This document shows positions 1-10,777 of a stretch of DNA of 64,000 nucleotides, piece by piece (position 1 is the first letter of the stretch; every line of letters starts with the position of its first letter). A program made the position numbers and the translations under genes. The stretch comes from Bdellovibrionales bacterium (GTDB taxonomy: Bacteria > Bdellovibrionota > Bdellovibrionia > Bdellovibrionales > UBA1609): positions 64,001 to 128,000 of the forward strand of contig CBDBIB010000003.1 of the NCBI GenBank assembly GCA_965205945.1, in the 5' to 3' direction. The notes beneath the pieces are model-generated. The model worked only from the letters and a program-made list of their open reading frames with translations. It was not told where the DNA came from and did no database searches.

Positions 1-1752
1 ATCTGCTGCAATTTCTTTAAGTTTAGATTTAGTATTGGCTTTGGTTTTTTGCCAATACTGACCGCCAAGTTTGTCTAAGGATCGACTTTTTGAGTTTCCA
101 GAGTATTTTCGAAGTTGATGAATTTTGTGTACAGGTAAAAATAATTTATCTTTTCCATTATATTCAATTTCTATACACTCTGAATCAAGTCCTTGAAGAG
201 AAATTATTTTAAGCCCTTTGAAAATGCCTACACCATGTTGAATATGCACAACAAGATCTTTAAGGTCCATATCTCTCATACGGATTGTTTCTAGTCTGTC
301 AAAATATTCTTTATGTTTAGATTTTTGAATTTTTTGGGTTTGTGTCTCTTTTCCAAAAAGATCTTTAAAACAAACATAAATAATTTTATCATCATTGTAT
401 TTTATTGAATTTGCTAAGGTTTTCAAAATGATATTGATTCTAGGGCTAGTTGGAATTTCATTATTTTCTAAGGGAAAAAAAGAAAGGTTTAGCTCCTTTA
501 AAATAGAAGCTGTTCTTATTAAGGTGTTTTTAGAGTTACAACATATATAAATAGAGTTTTTTGTATTAAGCCATGTTTTTAATAGTTTTTTAACTTCAGA
601 AGTGAAAACCTCCCAGGAGGTACTGTTTTTTTTGATATTTAAAAGGGTAGATTTAATATCTGAAGTAGAATAATTAAAACTAGAAGGTCGGTTATTTTCA
701 TTGTTGTAAACTTTAATATCTGAAACAAGAACAGAGCAGAAATTAACTCTATGATTAAATTTTTTAAAAGAAAGTTCTTCTTCAAATATATTATGAGGCT
801 TTAGGGAGGAGGGGGAGGTTTTAAGATCTGTTTCGTATTCAGATTTAAAAATATTAAATTGGTTAGACCAGGTTGTTTTAATAAGAGTTTCATCAAAGAG
901 GATAACTTTTGTATCAGTAGTAAAGTAATCAAATGCTGTTGAAAGGTTTTTCCAGAAAAAAGGGAGTAAGAATTCTTTTTTAGAGAAGGGAACAGAATTT
1001 CTGATTTTATGAAGAGAATCTTTTTTCCATGGAGAAGAAAAATCAGCTTTTGAAAAATAATTTATTAAAGAAGCCTTATTCTTAGTAGTATATAGTGTTT
1101 CAGTAGCGGGAATAATAGTTAAAGATAGAGCTTCTTTTATGGTTCGTTGAGTTTTTATTGAGAATGTTCTTAATGATTCAATATCGTCTCCAAAAAGCTC
1201 TATTCTATGGGGGAATGTATGGGCAGGAGAGAAAATATCAATAATGCCACCTTTATCGCAAAATTGTCCGGGTTTTTCTACAAACTGTGTCGCCTGATAT
1301 CCAAGCTGTAAAAGTTTTTTGTTAGGATTTTTTAAAAAAACATCTGCAAATTCAAAAGTGTATGCTTTTTTTAAGAGATCTGTTTTACAAAGGGTTTTTA
1401 GTAAAAGAGCTTCTGGATGACTTATAAAAACCTTAGTATCTGATGCTGGATTAAGGGCTTGGTATAAGAAACGAAGCCTGTTTGGGGAAATGTGAGAACT
1501 AGGTTCTAATTCAGAATACGGGCTTGTCCCAAAGGAGTGTAGTTGATGAAAATCAATGGATAATGAGTGAGTATAGTTATCAACAGAATCTTCATCAGGA
1601 AAGATGAGTAGATATTTTTGTTTTTTTTTACTCTCCTTAATTATATTGAGTAAAGGGTCTTGAATGGCCAAAGGGTCGTGTATTCCAGAAAGTACAGATG
1701 GTCCTTGGTCAAGGCATCGTCGTAAAATATTAGAACCCTTTAAAAAATCCAT
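1..1752 (-). CDS. mfd: Transcription-repair coupling factor Mfd, N-terminal part (runs off left edge; not in ORF track)
   Basis: Manual minus-strand translation from ATG at 1752 gives a UvrB-homology segment (GYQATQFVEKPGQFCDKGGIIDIFSPAHTFPHRIELFGDDIESLRTF) and a CarD/RID segment (DLVVHIQHGVGIFKG...IEYNGKDKLFLPVHKIHQLRKY). Confidence 0.9.
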   Translation of the reverse strand, partial: MDFLKGSNILRRCLDQGPSVLSGIHDPLAIQDPLLNIIKESKKKQKYLLIFPDEDSVDNYTHSLSIDFHQLHSFGTSPYSELEPSSHISPNRLRFLYQALNPASDTKVFISHPEALLLKTLCKTDLLKKAYTFEFADVFLKNPNKKLLQLGYQATQFVEKPGQFCDKGGIIDIFSPAHTFPHRIELFGDDIESLRTFSIKTQRTIKEALSLTIIPATETLYTTKNKASLINYFSKADFSSPWKKDSLHKIRNSVPFSKKEFLLPFFWKNLSTAFDYFTTDTKVILFDETLIKTTWSNQFNIFKSEYETDLKTSPSSLKPHNIFEEELSFKKFNHRVNFCSVLVSDIKVYNNENNRPSSFNYSTSDIKSTLLNIKKNSTSWEVFTSEVKKLLKTWLNTKNSIYICCNSKNTLIRTASILKELNLSFFPLENNEIPTSPRINIILKTLANSIKYNDDKIIYVCFKDLFGKETQTQKIQKSKHKEYFDRLETIRMRDMDLKDLVVHIQHGVGIFKGLKIISLQGLDSECIEIEYNGKDKLFLPVHKIHQLRKYSGNSKSRSLDKLGGQYWQKTKANTKSKLKEIAAD

Positions 1753-1904
1753 TGGTTAATTTAAATACATGAAAAAAAACGAATTTACCAGATACTTTGT
1801 AAATTTGTTTAATTTAGATATTATAAAGTAGTATAAAATTTAATTAAAGGAGGAGGGGGCCTTGCTATTAGTTTTTTAATTTTATTTTAAACTTTTAAGT
1901 AGAT

Positions 1905-2432
1905 ATGATGGTTGTAAGTTTTTCTCAAAATACATTGTTTTTTTTCTTCCTAGCAGGTTTTATTGTGGCAATGGCTTTAGGTGTTCTTTTTATTAGAAAT
2001 ACTATAGGAGCACTATTGTTTTTAGTGGTTAGTATGCTTGCAATAGGTGTGTTGTTTCTTGCTCAAGGCGCAGTTTTTTTAGGTAGTATGCAGTTGGTAG
2101 TTTATACTGGAGTTATTATGACCTTATTCTTAAAGGTTTTTATGTCTGTGGACATAGATAAGATCACTTATAAGGCTTTAAAAGAAAAACCATTTATAGG
2201 AAAATTTATAAAAGTAGGCGCAGTAGGTGCTATTTTAGGCTTGTCCTTAGGTGCATTTTCTTTAAAAACATACACTAATTTTTATCAAAAGGATTTAAGT
2301 ATTATGAGTTTAGTAGAGAATTTGATGTTAATGCTTTTTACAAGCTATATATTTGTATTTAAAATAATGGGAGTGTTTATTTTAGTTATATCTGTAGCAG
2401 TTATGAGTGTAAATAAATTAGAGAAAGATTAA
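1905..2432 (+). CDS. nuoJ: NADH-quinone oxidoreductase subunit J (divergent)
   Basis: Five-TM protein with QLVVYTGVIMTLFL, matching the NuoJ Q-x-x-VYAGAIMVLF motif; first gene of a J-K-L-M-N run. Confidence 0.85.
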   Translation: MMVVSFSQNTLFFFFLAGFIVAMALGVLFIRNTIGALLFLVVSMLAIGVLFLAQGAVFLGSMQLVVYTGVIMTLFLKVFMSVDIDKITYKALKEKPFIGKFIKVGAVGAILGLSLGAFSLKTYTNFYQKDLSIMSLVENLMLMLFTSYIFVFKIMGVFILVISVAVMSVNKLEKD

Positions 2433-2437
2433 TTATA

Positions 2438-2752
2438 ATGGGGATAGAGTATATTTTTAATATAACCTTACAGCATTATCTTTCATTAGGATTTTTACTT
2501 TTTTCTATAGGTCTTTTGATTGTGATGGTTAAGAAAAATTTCTTAATCATACTTATGGGTATTGAGTTAATGTTAAATGGGGTTAATGTGATAGCCATTT
2601 CTTTTGGGCACTATAATAGTAATATAGAGGGTCAGGTATTTGCATTTTTTGTTCTTATGATTGCAGTAGCAAAGATTGGTGTGGGGTTAATAATAATTGT
2701 TTCTTTATTTAAAAATACTCAACTTTCTACTTTAATAAAGTTAAAGGATTAG
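2438..2752 (+). CDS. nuoK: NADH-quinone oxidoreductase subunit K
   Basis: ILMGIELMLNGVN and GQVFAFFV motifs, ~100 aa, three TM segments. Confidence 0.9.
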   Translation: MGIEYIFNITLQHYLSLGFLLFSIGLLIVMVKKNFLIILMGIELMLNGVNVIAISFGHYNSNIEGQVFAFFVLMIAVAKIGVGLIIIVSLFKNTQLSTLIKLKD

Positions 2753-4163
2753 TGACGGTGAACTCTTGGTTATTAAGTGGTTTTTTCATAGTTCCTTTTT
2801 TAAGCTTTATTATAAATAAAATTTTGTATAAAAGAAAAAATATTTTATGGGCAAGATTTTTTAGTTTAAGCAGTGTTTTGATTTTGTTTGTACTTTCTTG
2901 TGTGTTATTTCTTAGGTTTTATTTAAGTGATCAACTTAGTATTGATCTAAAACTCTTCTCCTGGTTATTAATAAAAGGTGTAGATATAGATTTTGCAATT
3001 AGTGTATTAACTTTAGTATATTTTGTAACTATGGCTACTGCAGGAGTTTATGTTTTATTTAGATTAAATGGTCTTTTAGATGTTTCTTTTGAGGCGATGC
3101 TAGTGGTTGCTTTTTTTGGAATTTTAACAGCTTTTATAGCTGCAGTTGCAGCTCTTATTCAACAAGATATAAAGAAAATTCTAGCATATTCTACAGTACC
3201 TCAGCTTGGTTATATGATCCTTGCTATTGGATTGGGTTCATATGTTAGCGCGGTTTTTCATTTAGTAACGCATGTTTTTTTTAAGAGTTTGATGTTCTTA
3301 GGTGCTGGAGTAGTGATTCGTAGTTTATCAGGTGAACAGAATATAGAAAAGATGGGGGATTAAAAAAATCTATGTCGTTCATCTATTTTATTTTTTTAAT
3401 AGGTTGGTTTTTGATTATTGGAGTTCCTTTTTTTTCTGGGTTTTTTAGTGAAAATAAAATATTTTTTCATGCGTTTTTTAATTCAATATTCTTTGGGAGT
3501 CTTTTTCTAGTTACTTTGGGTGTGACAGTATTTTATATGACAAAATTAATGATTAAGGTTTTTGGAGGAGAAAGTAGGGTAGAAAAAAATGTTTACTCAC
3601 ATAAAGTAAGGTTTTTATTTATTTCTCCTTTAGTAATTTTAGCTATTTGTTTAGTACTTACAGGATTTTTAGGGTTACCAAATATGTTTTTAAAATATCC
3701 AGTTCATTTATTAGGAGAATGGCTTAATCCTATGATAAAAACCATCCACTACACTAATAAAAATCTAATCTTAGAAGGATTATTGATGTGTGTGTTTATT
3801 TTAACTATTACAGTGTGTAGTATTTTTGCATATTTCTTATATGTGAAAAAAGAAGATAGGGTTATAAGGGGATTTTCTTATGTTAAACACCCTTTTTTTA
3901 TTAGGTTTTTTAGAAATCTGGTGGATATAAAAGATTTTTATAAGAAAAATGTTATAAATTTGTTTAAAGAAGTTACTCAGGCTTTGTGGTTATTCATAGA
4001 CATTAATTTAATCAATAGATTTTTTGTATCAATATCAAAATCTATTATTAGTATTGGAGAAATCAGTAGAATTATTAAATCTAAAAACCTGCAAATTGAT
4101 GTTACGCTTTTTGTTCTCACGGTTGTGATATTTTTAATGGAGGCTCTTTTTATAAGAGAATAA
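2752..4163 (+). pseudogene. nuoL: NADH-quinone oxidoreductase subunit L, internally deleted and frameshifted (ORFs 2752-3363 and 3372-4163)
   Basis: QQDIKKILAYST, HLVTHVFFKSLMFLGAG and GVPFFSGFFS motifs. The TM3-TM7 region is missing. Adding one G to the G run at ~3354-3358 restores MGGLKKSM and joins the two ORFs. Confidence 0.85.
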
Positions 4164-4167
4164 AATA

Positions 4168-5676
4168 ATGATACTAACAAATTTATTATGGTCGCCGATT
4201 TTTTTTATTCTTCTGCTTCTCTTTTTTAAAAAAGATCATTACTTAAAAGTATTAGGATTTAGTTTGTCAGTAATGCATTTTTTTTATGGAGTTTTTATTT
4301 GTACTAGATTTGAGATTGAAAATAAAAACTACCAGATGATCGAGCTGGCAAGCATTTTTAAGCCTTTAGGGATGCACTATAGTTTAGGTGTAGATGGATT
4401 AAGTCTTTTATTGATTATGTTCTCACTTTTTATGATGCCCTTAATTATATTAGGCACATGGAATTTTATGGGGATTAGAGTAAAATCTTATTTTATAAAC
4501 TTATTTGCTTTACAAATTTGCATGATTGGAATTCTTCTTTCATTAGATTTAATTTTATTTTATATGTTTTTTGAATTAAGTTTAATTCCAATATTTTTAT
4601 TAATGGGAATGTATGGTGGAAAGAAAAATTTTTCTGCAGCAAAAATATTTTTTCTCTTTATTTTTGTAAGTTCAATTTTTCTAATGGGCTCGATTGTTAC
4701 GATGATGGTTTTATTTGAATCTGTGAACGGAGTTATAAGTTCTTTAATAATAGATCTTCAAACTATTCAATTACCATTTGTAAAAAATACGGTTTTTTCA
4801 ACACAAACCGTTTTATTTTCAGGATTTTTCATAGCTTTTGCAGTAAGAGCAGCGCTTTTTCCACTGCATACTTGGCTACCAAATACTCACGTTAAAACCT
4901 CAACAGGGGGGTCTATTGTTTTAGAAATCTTGATGTTAAATATTGGGGCTTATGGGATGATTAGATTTTTAAGCTTGTACTTTCCACAAGCAAGCTCACA
5001 GTATGCTTGGGTGGTTTGTATATTAGCAATTATAGGGATTATTTATAGTGCTATGATCACTTTTTCTCAAACAGATATGAAGAGGTTTGTGGCATATTTG
5101 TCTGTTTTTCATATGGGATATATAGTTTTAGGTATTTTTTGTTGGGATACGGTTTCTTATAAGGGAGTTTTGTTTCAAATGTTGAGTCGTGGATTAAGTA
5201 CAGGGGGATTGTTTTTAATGATTGGAATGCTTTATGAAAGATTTAAAACAAGGCAAATAAAAGATTTTGGAGGGTTGGTAAAAACTATGCCAAACTTTAC
5301 TATTTATTTTTTATTGATTTCTCTTACAAGTATGGCAGTGCCGTTAACAAATGGTTTTATAGGGAATTTTTTAATTCTTTTTGGAGTATTTGCTACAAAT
5401 AAATATTATGGAATCTTTGCAGTTTTTGGAATATGTTTAATAGCAGGGTCTATGTCAAATATGATTAGAAAGGTTTTTTTTGGTGCTCTATCAGACAAAT
5501 TTAGTCATTTAAGTGATGTTGATTTGTCAAAAAGAGAAATGTTTGTACTCACTCCCATAGTGATTTTAATTTTTTTAATGGGGATTTATCCTAAAAGTAT
5601 TACAAGTTTTTTAACTAAGAGTAATCAAGAGATAGAAAGTCTACAGGTGAGAGGGGATGATTATGTTATTCAATAG
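4168..5676 (+). CDS. nuoM: NADH-quinone oxidoreductase subunit M (key residues substituted)
   Basis: LGVDGLSL, FYMFFELSLIP, FPLHTWLP, QTDMKRFVAY and GMLYER motifs. Confidence 0.9.
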   Translation: MILTNLLWSPIFFILLLLFFKKDHYLKVLGFSLSVMHFFYGVFICTRFEIENKNYQMIELASIFKPLGMHYSLGVDGLSLLLIMFSLFMMPLIILGTWNFMGIRVKSYFINLFALQICMIGILLSLDLILFYMFFELSLIPIFLLMGMYGGKKNFSAAKIFFLFIFVSSIFLMGSIVTMMVLFESVNGVISSLIIDLQTIQLPFVKNTVFSTQTVLFSGFFIAFAVRAALFPLHTWLPNTHVKTSTGGSIVLEILMLNIGAYGMIRFLSLYFPQASSQYAWVVCILAIIGIIYSAMITFSQTDMKRFVAYLSVFHMGYIVLGIFCWDTVSYKGVLFQMLSRGLSTGGLFLMIGMLYERFKTRQIKDFGGLVKTMPNFTIYFLLISLTSMAVPLTNGFIGNFLILFGVFATNKYYGIFAVFGICLIAGSMSNMIRKVFFGALSDKFSHLSDVDLSKREMFVLTPIVILIFLMGIYPKSITSFLTKSNQEIESLQVRGDDYVIQ

Positions 5677-7156
5677 TCTTTCTTTAATTGATTTATATTT
5701 AGTATCTCCAGGAATTTGTCTTTTTTTAAGTTCAATTTTAATATTGTTTATTAAAATTTTATCAAAAAATAAAGAACCTAAAAAAGGAATAACGGCAGGT
5801 TTTGCATTTGGAGGTGTTTTATCAGCTTGTTTGTTGAGCACATCTGTTTTTCAATCATTAGGTGGCAAACAGTTTTTTGCATTTAATAATGTTCTTATTT
5901 TTAGTCCTTTTACGTATTGGGTGGGAATGGCGCTTTTATTGGGGGCTGTTTTTTCCATAGTGCTTTTTAAAAAGAATAAAGGAATTAGAGGAGAGCAGTT
6001 TTCTGAATTTTTATTTTTATTTTTAAGCTCTGTATTGGGTGCTTTTGTTATTTTATGGAGTAATAATTTTTTAGTACTTTTTATAGGTATTCAACTAGTT
6101 GCCCTGCCTTTATATATCATGATTTTACTTGGTTGCCTTGATGCAAGTAAGAAAGAGTCTGTAGCAAAGTATTATATTTTAGATAGTGTAGTTTCAGCTT
6201 TTTTTCTTTTAGGACTTGTGTTGGTATACGGCTCTTTGATAGGACAATTTAAAGACGAAGTTTTTTTTAATATAGAGGGGCTTTTAGAGGTTTCTTTAAT
6301 CCTTATGAAGACAGATTATTTATTCTTGATTGGGTCAATATTTATGTTACTTTCAGCTCTTTTTAAATTAGGTGTTGTTCCTTTTCATAACTGGGTTTTA
6401 GATATATGTTATCAAGCCAATACAGCAGTAACATATTACATGATAACGGTTGTAAAAATCACAGCGATTCTTTTCATATTTAAACTAATGAGTGCAGGGT
6501 TTTTAATGGAAAATTATTTTTTTCAACAAACAATTCAGTGGATAGTGGTTTTATCAATGTTACTAGGTGCTCTTTTTGCTTGTTCTCAAGAAAGTGTTAA
6601 AAAAATATTTGTCTACTCAGGGTTAACTCAATTAAGTTATATGTTGATGCCTTTACTAGGTTACAGTTTTGATGGAAAAGGTAGCGTGGATGCTCTTGTT
6701 TTTTATTTTTTCTCATATATCTTTTTTTTAGGCTTAGTTTTTTATATCCTTCAAAAACTTGAAGAACAAAAAGGGGCTGATGTGATAGTTTCTGATTTAA
6801 TAGGTTTACATCAAAGGTGGCCTAAAGAATCCTTAGTACTCTTATTAGGTATTTTAGGCTTATCAGGAATGCCTCCATTAGTAGGCTTTATTACTAGAGT
6901 TTATATCATTAAAACTTCTATAGAAACGGGTTTTTATTGGGTTTCTTTTTGGGCTTTGTTAGCTAGCGCGATGAGTATGGTTTATTATTTAAAAATAATA
7001 AACAAAATTTTTATCTATGATTTTAATCAACAGCTTCATATTTTATGGGAGAATCGTTTAGTTCAAAAAACTTTTTGTATTAAAGGGGTTTTATCGTTAT
7101 CAATCCTTGTGGGGGTTTCAGTAATATCGATTTATTATTTTCCTTTAAATTCATAG
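5657..7156 (+). CDS. nuoN: NADH-quinone oxidoreductase subunit N (key residues substituted)
   Basis: FKLGVVPFHNW and GLSGMPPLVGF motifs; position after nuoM. Confidence 0.88.
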   Translation: MIMLFNSLSLIDLYLVSPGICLFLSSILILFIKILSKNKEPKKGITAGFAFGGVLSACLLSTSVFQSLGGKQFFAFNNVLIFSPFTYWVGMALLLGAVFSIVLFKKNKGIRGEQFSEFLFLFLSSVLGAFVILWSNNFLVLFIGIQLVALPLYIMILLGCLDASKKESVAKYYILDSVVSAFFLLGLVLVYGSLIGQFKDEVFFNIEGLLEVSLILMKTDYLFLIGSIFMLLSALFKLGVVPFHNWVLDICYQANTAVTYYMITVVKITAILFIFKLMSAGFLMENYFFQQTIQWIVVLSMLLGALFACSQESVKKIFVYSGLTQLSYMLMPLLGYSFDGKGSVDALVFYFFSYIFFLGLVFYILQKLEEQKGADVIVSDLIGLHQRWPKESLVLLLGILGLSGMPPLVGFITRVYIIKTSIETGFYWVSFWALLASAMSMVYYLKIINKIFIYDFNQQLHILWENRLVQKTFCIKGVLSLSILVGVSVISIYYFPLNS

Positions 7157-8337
7157 CCTCTAAGACTGTTCATTGCAGCTTTAAAGCCAACAGTGATAAT
7201 CTTATTTAAGACCTTAGGTTTTAAGGAAAAATGATCGGCAGAAAACATTTCATAATCTTGTGAACTCGGATTAATATATAAAATTTTAGTATTGCGATCA
7301 GGAAAAAACTTTTTTTCAAAAAACTTTAGAGTTTTCTTTGCATCAGCTTTTGTCATTGTTTTTAATAAAGTCTCTTCAAGAGAATCAAAAAGCTCTCTAA
7401 GCTTATCTTTAGAATCAATATGGTTAACGATTTTATGTTGAATCATTTGATAGAGGGCTTGGTTTAAAATTACAGGTAGTCCGTAGGTATCTAAAGAACC
7501 GAATTCTTTATTCATTCCATAAGGCTGCATGGAATAAGACACAATGACTAAGTCTGAATTTTGTTCAAGAGCAATATGAGAGCTTAAAGAATCCCTAATT
7601 TCACCATCAAAAAAGAGTTCATCGTTAATTTTTATAGGTGCAAAAATTAGAGGAAGAGCTGTAGAGGCTGTTATGGCAGTGGCTACATCAACACTAGTTA
7701 TATAGTTAGTGTCTTTTCTCATGCTTTTAATTCCATCATTTAAAGTGTATTTAGAGAAAATAGCTTTTTTAGGTTGGTTTAGATATGTTGCAACAATAAA
7801 CAAATCTGCAGCAAGATCTTGAAAGTTTGTAGATTTAGAGTTTAATACGACCGTTCGAAAGTAATCGCCTAGTCCTTTGGTTGAGAAAAAACCGTTAATT
7901 TTAAAAGTTTTTTTAAGTAAGCTTTCAATGCCATTCCAACTTATAGTGTCATTTGAAAAAAGACTGGGTATCCATGTAAATGGAGAGGGAGTGGCTAAGT
8001 TGATACTGAATACGTTTTTATACTTTATAGGGGTAAGCTTATGATTAGGCTCTAAATTTTTTAAATCTAGAATATCAAGGTTATGCTTACCTTGAGTAAA
8101 AGCAAAGATGATATCTTCTACGGAAAAGCCTGCTGCAAAAAATGTAGCAATTACAGAACCCGCACTTGTTCCAATATATCTTTTAAAAGCTAGAGGGTTC
8201 TCATTTATATCCTGATTGTTTCCTATTGAGAAACCTTTAATTTGTAGAGCTAGAGCTACACCAATATGGAATGCTGCGGCTTTTATGCCACCACCGCTTA
8301 ATACAAGAGAGGGGTTTGAACATTTTATAGTGGTCAT
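7135..8337 (-). CDS. Patatin-like phospholipase
   Basis: LVLSGGGIKA oxyanion loop, GTSAG nucleophile elbow, ASTALP and FDGE motifs. ATG at 8337 taken as start (ORF track opens at 8373). Confidence 0.85.
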   Translation of the reverse strand: MTTIKCSNPSLVLSGGGIKAAAFHIGVALALQIKGFSIGNNQDINENPLAFKRYIGTSAGSVIATFFAAGFSVEDIIFAFTQGKHNLDILDLKNLEPNHKLTPIKYKNVFSINLATPSPFTWIPSLFSNDTISWNGIESLLKKTFKINGFFSTKGLGDYFRTVVLNSKSTNFQDLAADLFIVATYLNQPKKAIFSKYTLNDGIKSMRKDTNYITSVDVATAITASTALPLIFAPIKINDELFFDGEIRDSLSSHIALEQNSDLVIVSYSMQPYGMNKEFGSLDTYGLPVILNQALYQMIQHKIVNHIDSKDKLRELFDSLEETLLKTMTKADAKKTLKFFEKKFFPDRNTKILYINPSSQDYEMFSADHFSLKPKVLNKIITVGFKAAMNSLRGYEFKGK

Positions 8338-8851
8338 AAAAGAGAGTTTGAACTTTTGTATGTGAATATTCAAGAAATTTTTTTTAATTTAAGTTCATTG
8401 GTTTAAGTTAGAAGGCATATGTAAGCGAAGGATTTAAAAAAGAGTAGTAGGAAAATAAGAAATAAGTTTTATAAATTTTGTACAATTAAATAAACAATTC
8501 TTAAACAAAATTCTATGAAAGTCTTTATTTAAAAGGAATTTTAATTTAAAGAGTTTTTTATAAGATTTGATATAAATATAATTTTTTTTATTTTTTAAAA
8601 TTAAAAAATAAGAGTAGGTTTATTTTAATTATAAAATTTATTTTAAAAGGCTTATTAGTATGGGTTTGCTTGCTTTTGAAAATTAAACACAGCGTTAAAG
8701 CCATGATCCTTATATAAGGCTAAAGTTAAGCTATTAGATAGATATAAAATAAATTAACTAAATTTAGGTTATATAGGTTAAAGTCCTGATTAGTCAGGGG
8801 CCTATTGTAAATAGTCATATGGGTGATAAAGTAAATAAGTCAGGAGGGTTA

Positions 8852-9370
8852 ATGAACTTTCAACTTTCTCTAACTGAGTATTCTGCAAAATATAAGGTGA
8901 GTATCTCTACTTTGCGCAGGAGAATTAAGAAAAGAGAACTTTTGTATGTTCAAGAGGCTGGAAAGTATATTCTTCCAGATATTCCTTATGACAAGCTTTT
9001 AGGTGACAGCATTGCCCACCCCACACGTAGCGTGACTGATCGCGGACCTGATATCGTTCCCTCACAAAAGACTAATCAAGCCGCGGTAGTTTCACCTTTA
9101 GAGTCTTTAGGTTTAGATTTGTCTTTTAAAAAAGAAAAAAATAATAAACCATTCTCTCAAACCACTAATGAGGTAAAATCAAAAGCTCTTATGGAATTAA
9201 AAAAAGCCTATACTTTGGTTTTAAGCGAAAAAGAAGAGCAAATTTTACAACTTAGGCAGCATATTAGTGATTTACAAACTTTAAATAAAGCCTTTGAAAA
9301 TGAAATACATAGGCTTGAACAAAAAAACTTAACAGGATTAAAAACATCTTTTATTAAGCACGCCTTCTAA
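8852..9370 (+). CDS. N-terminal HTH (MerR/excisionase-like) plus C-terminal coiled-coil protein
   Basis: LSLTEYSAKYKVSISTLRRRIK HTH-like segment and C-terminal heptads. GGAGG precedes ATG 8852. Confidence 0.6.
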   Translation: MNFQLSLTEYSAKYKVSISTLRRRIKKRELLYVQEAGKYILPDIPYDKLLGDSIAHPTRSVTDRGPDIVPSQKTNQAAVVSPLESLGLDLSFKKEKNNKPFSQTTNEVKSKALMELKKAYTLVLSEKEEQILQLRQHISDLQTLNKAFENEIHRLEQKNLTGLKTSFIKHAF

Positions 9371-9475
9371 GTGTTCTAATATATTTATGTCATTATTGCA
9401 GCAAGTCTAAAGTCGTGTATATATGAACTATTAAAAATAAAAACTTAAGTTAAGCAGATATTTAAAGGGGGTAGA

Positions 9476-10777
9476 ATGCATAATGCACTATTTACAGGTA
9501 TAATACTTTTGCTATCAAGGTTTGCAATGGCAAACTATATTGGTAGTGAAGTTCAGTACTTTAATCCAACTTCAGATAATATGGATTTTTTTACAGTCTA
9601 CTCGCCAAGAGTTTTGCCTAAAGGGACATTAAAAACAACATTGTTTTTGGATCATGGAGAAAATATTCATTATTTACCTAATTTAAAAAACAAAGTGTTT
9701 CAATCTCAACTAGGCTTAGGTTTAGGTGTGACTGATAGAATGTCTTTTTCTATAGTTGGGCTAGGAATCTTAAATTATGATGATAAAGTTGGTGGGGCGT
9801 ATACAAAAGATAATTTTAATCATGTAAGAACGAGTTTAAAATACAGATTTTGTGAATGTGACAAAGGTGGATTTGCTGTTGTTACAAATTTAGGCTTTGG
9901 ATGTATAGATTCAGATTTTTTTGTTGGTGATGATAATGATTTTGGAGCTTCTATTATTTTTGTATATGATAAAAGACTTACGGATAGGGTGAGGTTTGGA
10001 GTAAATTTTGGTTATAGATATAGAAATTTTAAGGACACAAGGTCCACATCTTTAATATATAGGGATTTTACAACATCAAAAGACGGAAGTGATGTGCTTG
10101 TATCATTAGGTTTTAACACTTTATTAAGTAGAAAATGGACAACAATTTCTGAAATTTATATGAATTTACCGATTAATCAGTTTTTTGACTTTAGAGTTGA
10201 TAAGGGTACATATGATCAAAAGGGAGCTGAAGTTCTTCTAGGTGCTAATTATAACTTTACTCAAAAAGTAGACATTGGTTTTGGTGGAACAATAGGGGTT
10301 TTTTCTCAAGCACAAAATGTTGATTGGAGAGCATTTTTAGGAATAAGTTATGCTTTTAGAGGAGCTTTTAAAGATGCCGCCTTTAATCTTGCAGCAAACA
10401 CATCAGAGCCAGTATATGTTAAAGCACTAGTAAAAAAAATTGGCATAAAAGATGCTCCTGTTCAAAAAATTTTTAATATTAAGGCGCAATTTCTTTCTGG
10501 TAGCGCAAATTTAAATGATTTAGCAAAAAGGCAGCTTGATAAAAAAATTGGAACGTATTTAAAAGAGAATAACGATTATAAAATGATTTTTGTTCAAGGT
10601 TATAAAGATTTAGTAGGAAAGCAGGACTTTAATAAAGTTTTAAGCCAAGGTAGAGCTCAGGCTGTTAAAAACTACTTAGTTAGAGCGCATAAAGTTTTAA
10701 TCGATAAAATTCAAATAGTGGATTCTAATTCGATTAGAAAAGCTAAGAGCAGAAGAGTTATAATTAAAATCAAATAG
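9476..10777 (+). CDS. Outer-membrane beta-barrel protein with C-terminal OmpA-like domain
   Basis: Signal peptide, alternating amphipathic strands, and C-terminal VQGYKD...FNKVLSQGRAQAV...SRRV. Confidence 0.75.
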   Translation: MHNALFTGIILLLSRFAMANYIGSEVQYFNPTSDNMDFFTVYSPRVLPKGTLKTTLFLDHGENIHYLPNLKNKVFQSQLGLGLGVTDRMSFSIVGLGILNYDDKVGGAYTKDNFNHVRTSLKYRFCECDKGGFAVVTNLGFGCIDSDFFVGDDNDFGASIIFVYDKRLTDRVRFGVNFGYRYRNFKDTRSTSLIYRDFTTSKDGSDVLVSLGFNTLLSRKWTTISEIYMNLPINQFFDFRVDKGTYDQKGAEVLLGANYNFTQKVDIGFGGTIGVFSQAQNVDWRAFLGISYAFRGAFKDAAFNLAANTSEPVYVKALVKKIGIKDAPVQKIFNIKAQFLSGSANLNDLAKRQLDKKIGTYLKENNDYKMIFVQGYKDLVGKQDFNKVLSQGRAQAVKNYLVRAHKVLIDKIQIVDSNSIRKAKSRRVIIKIK

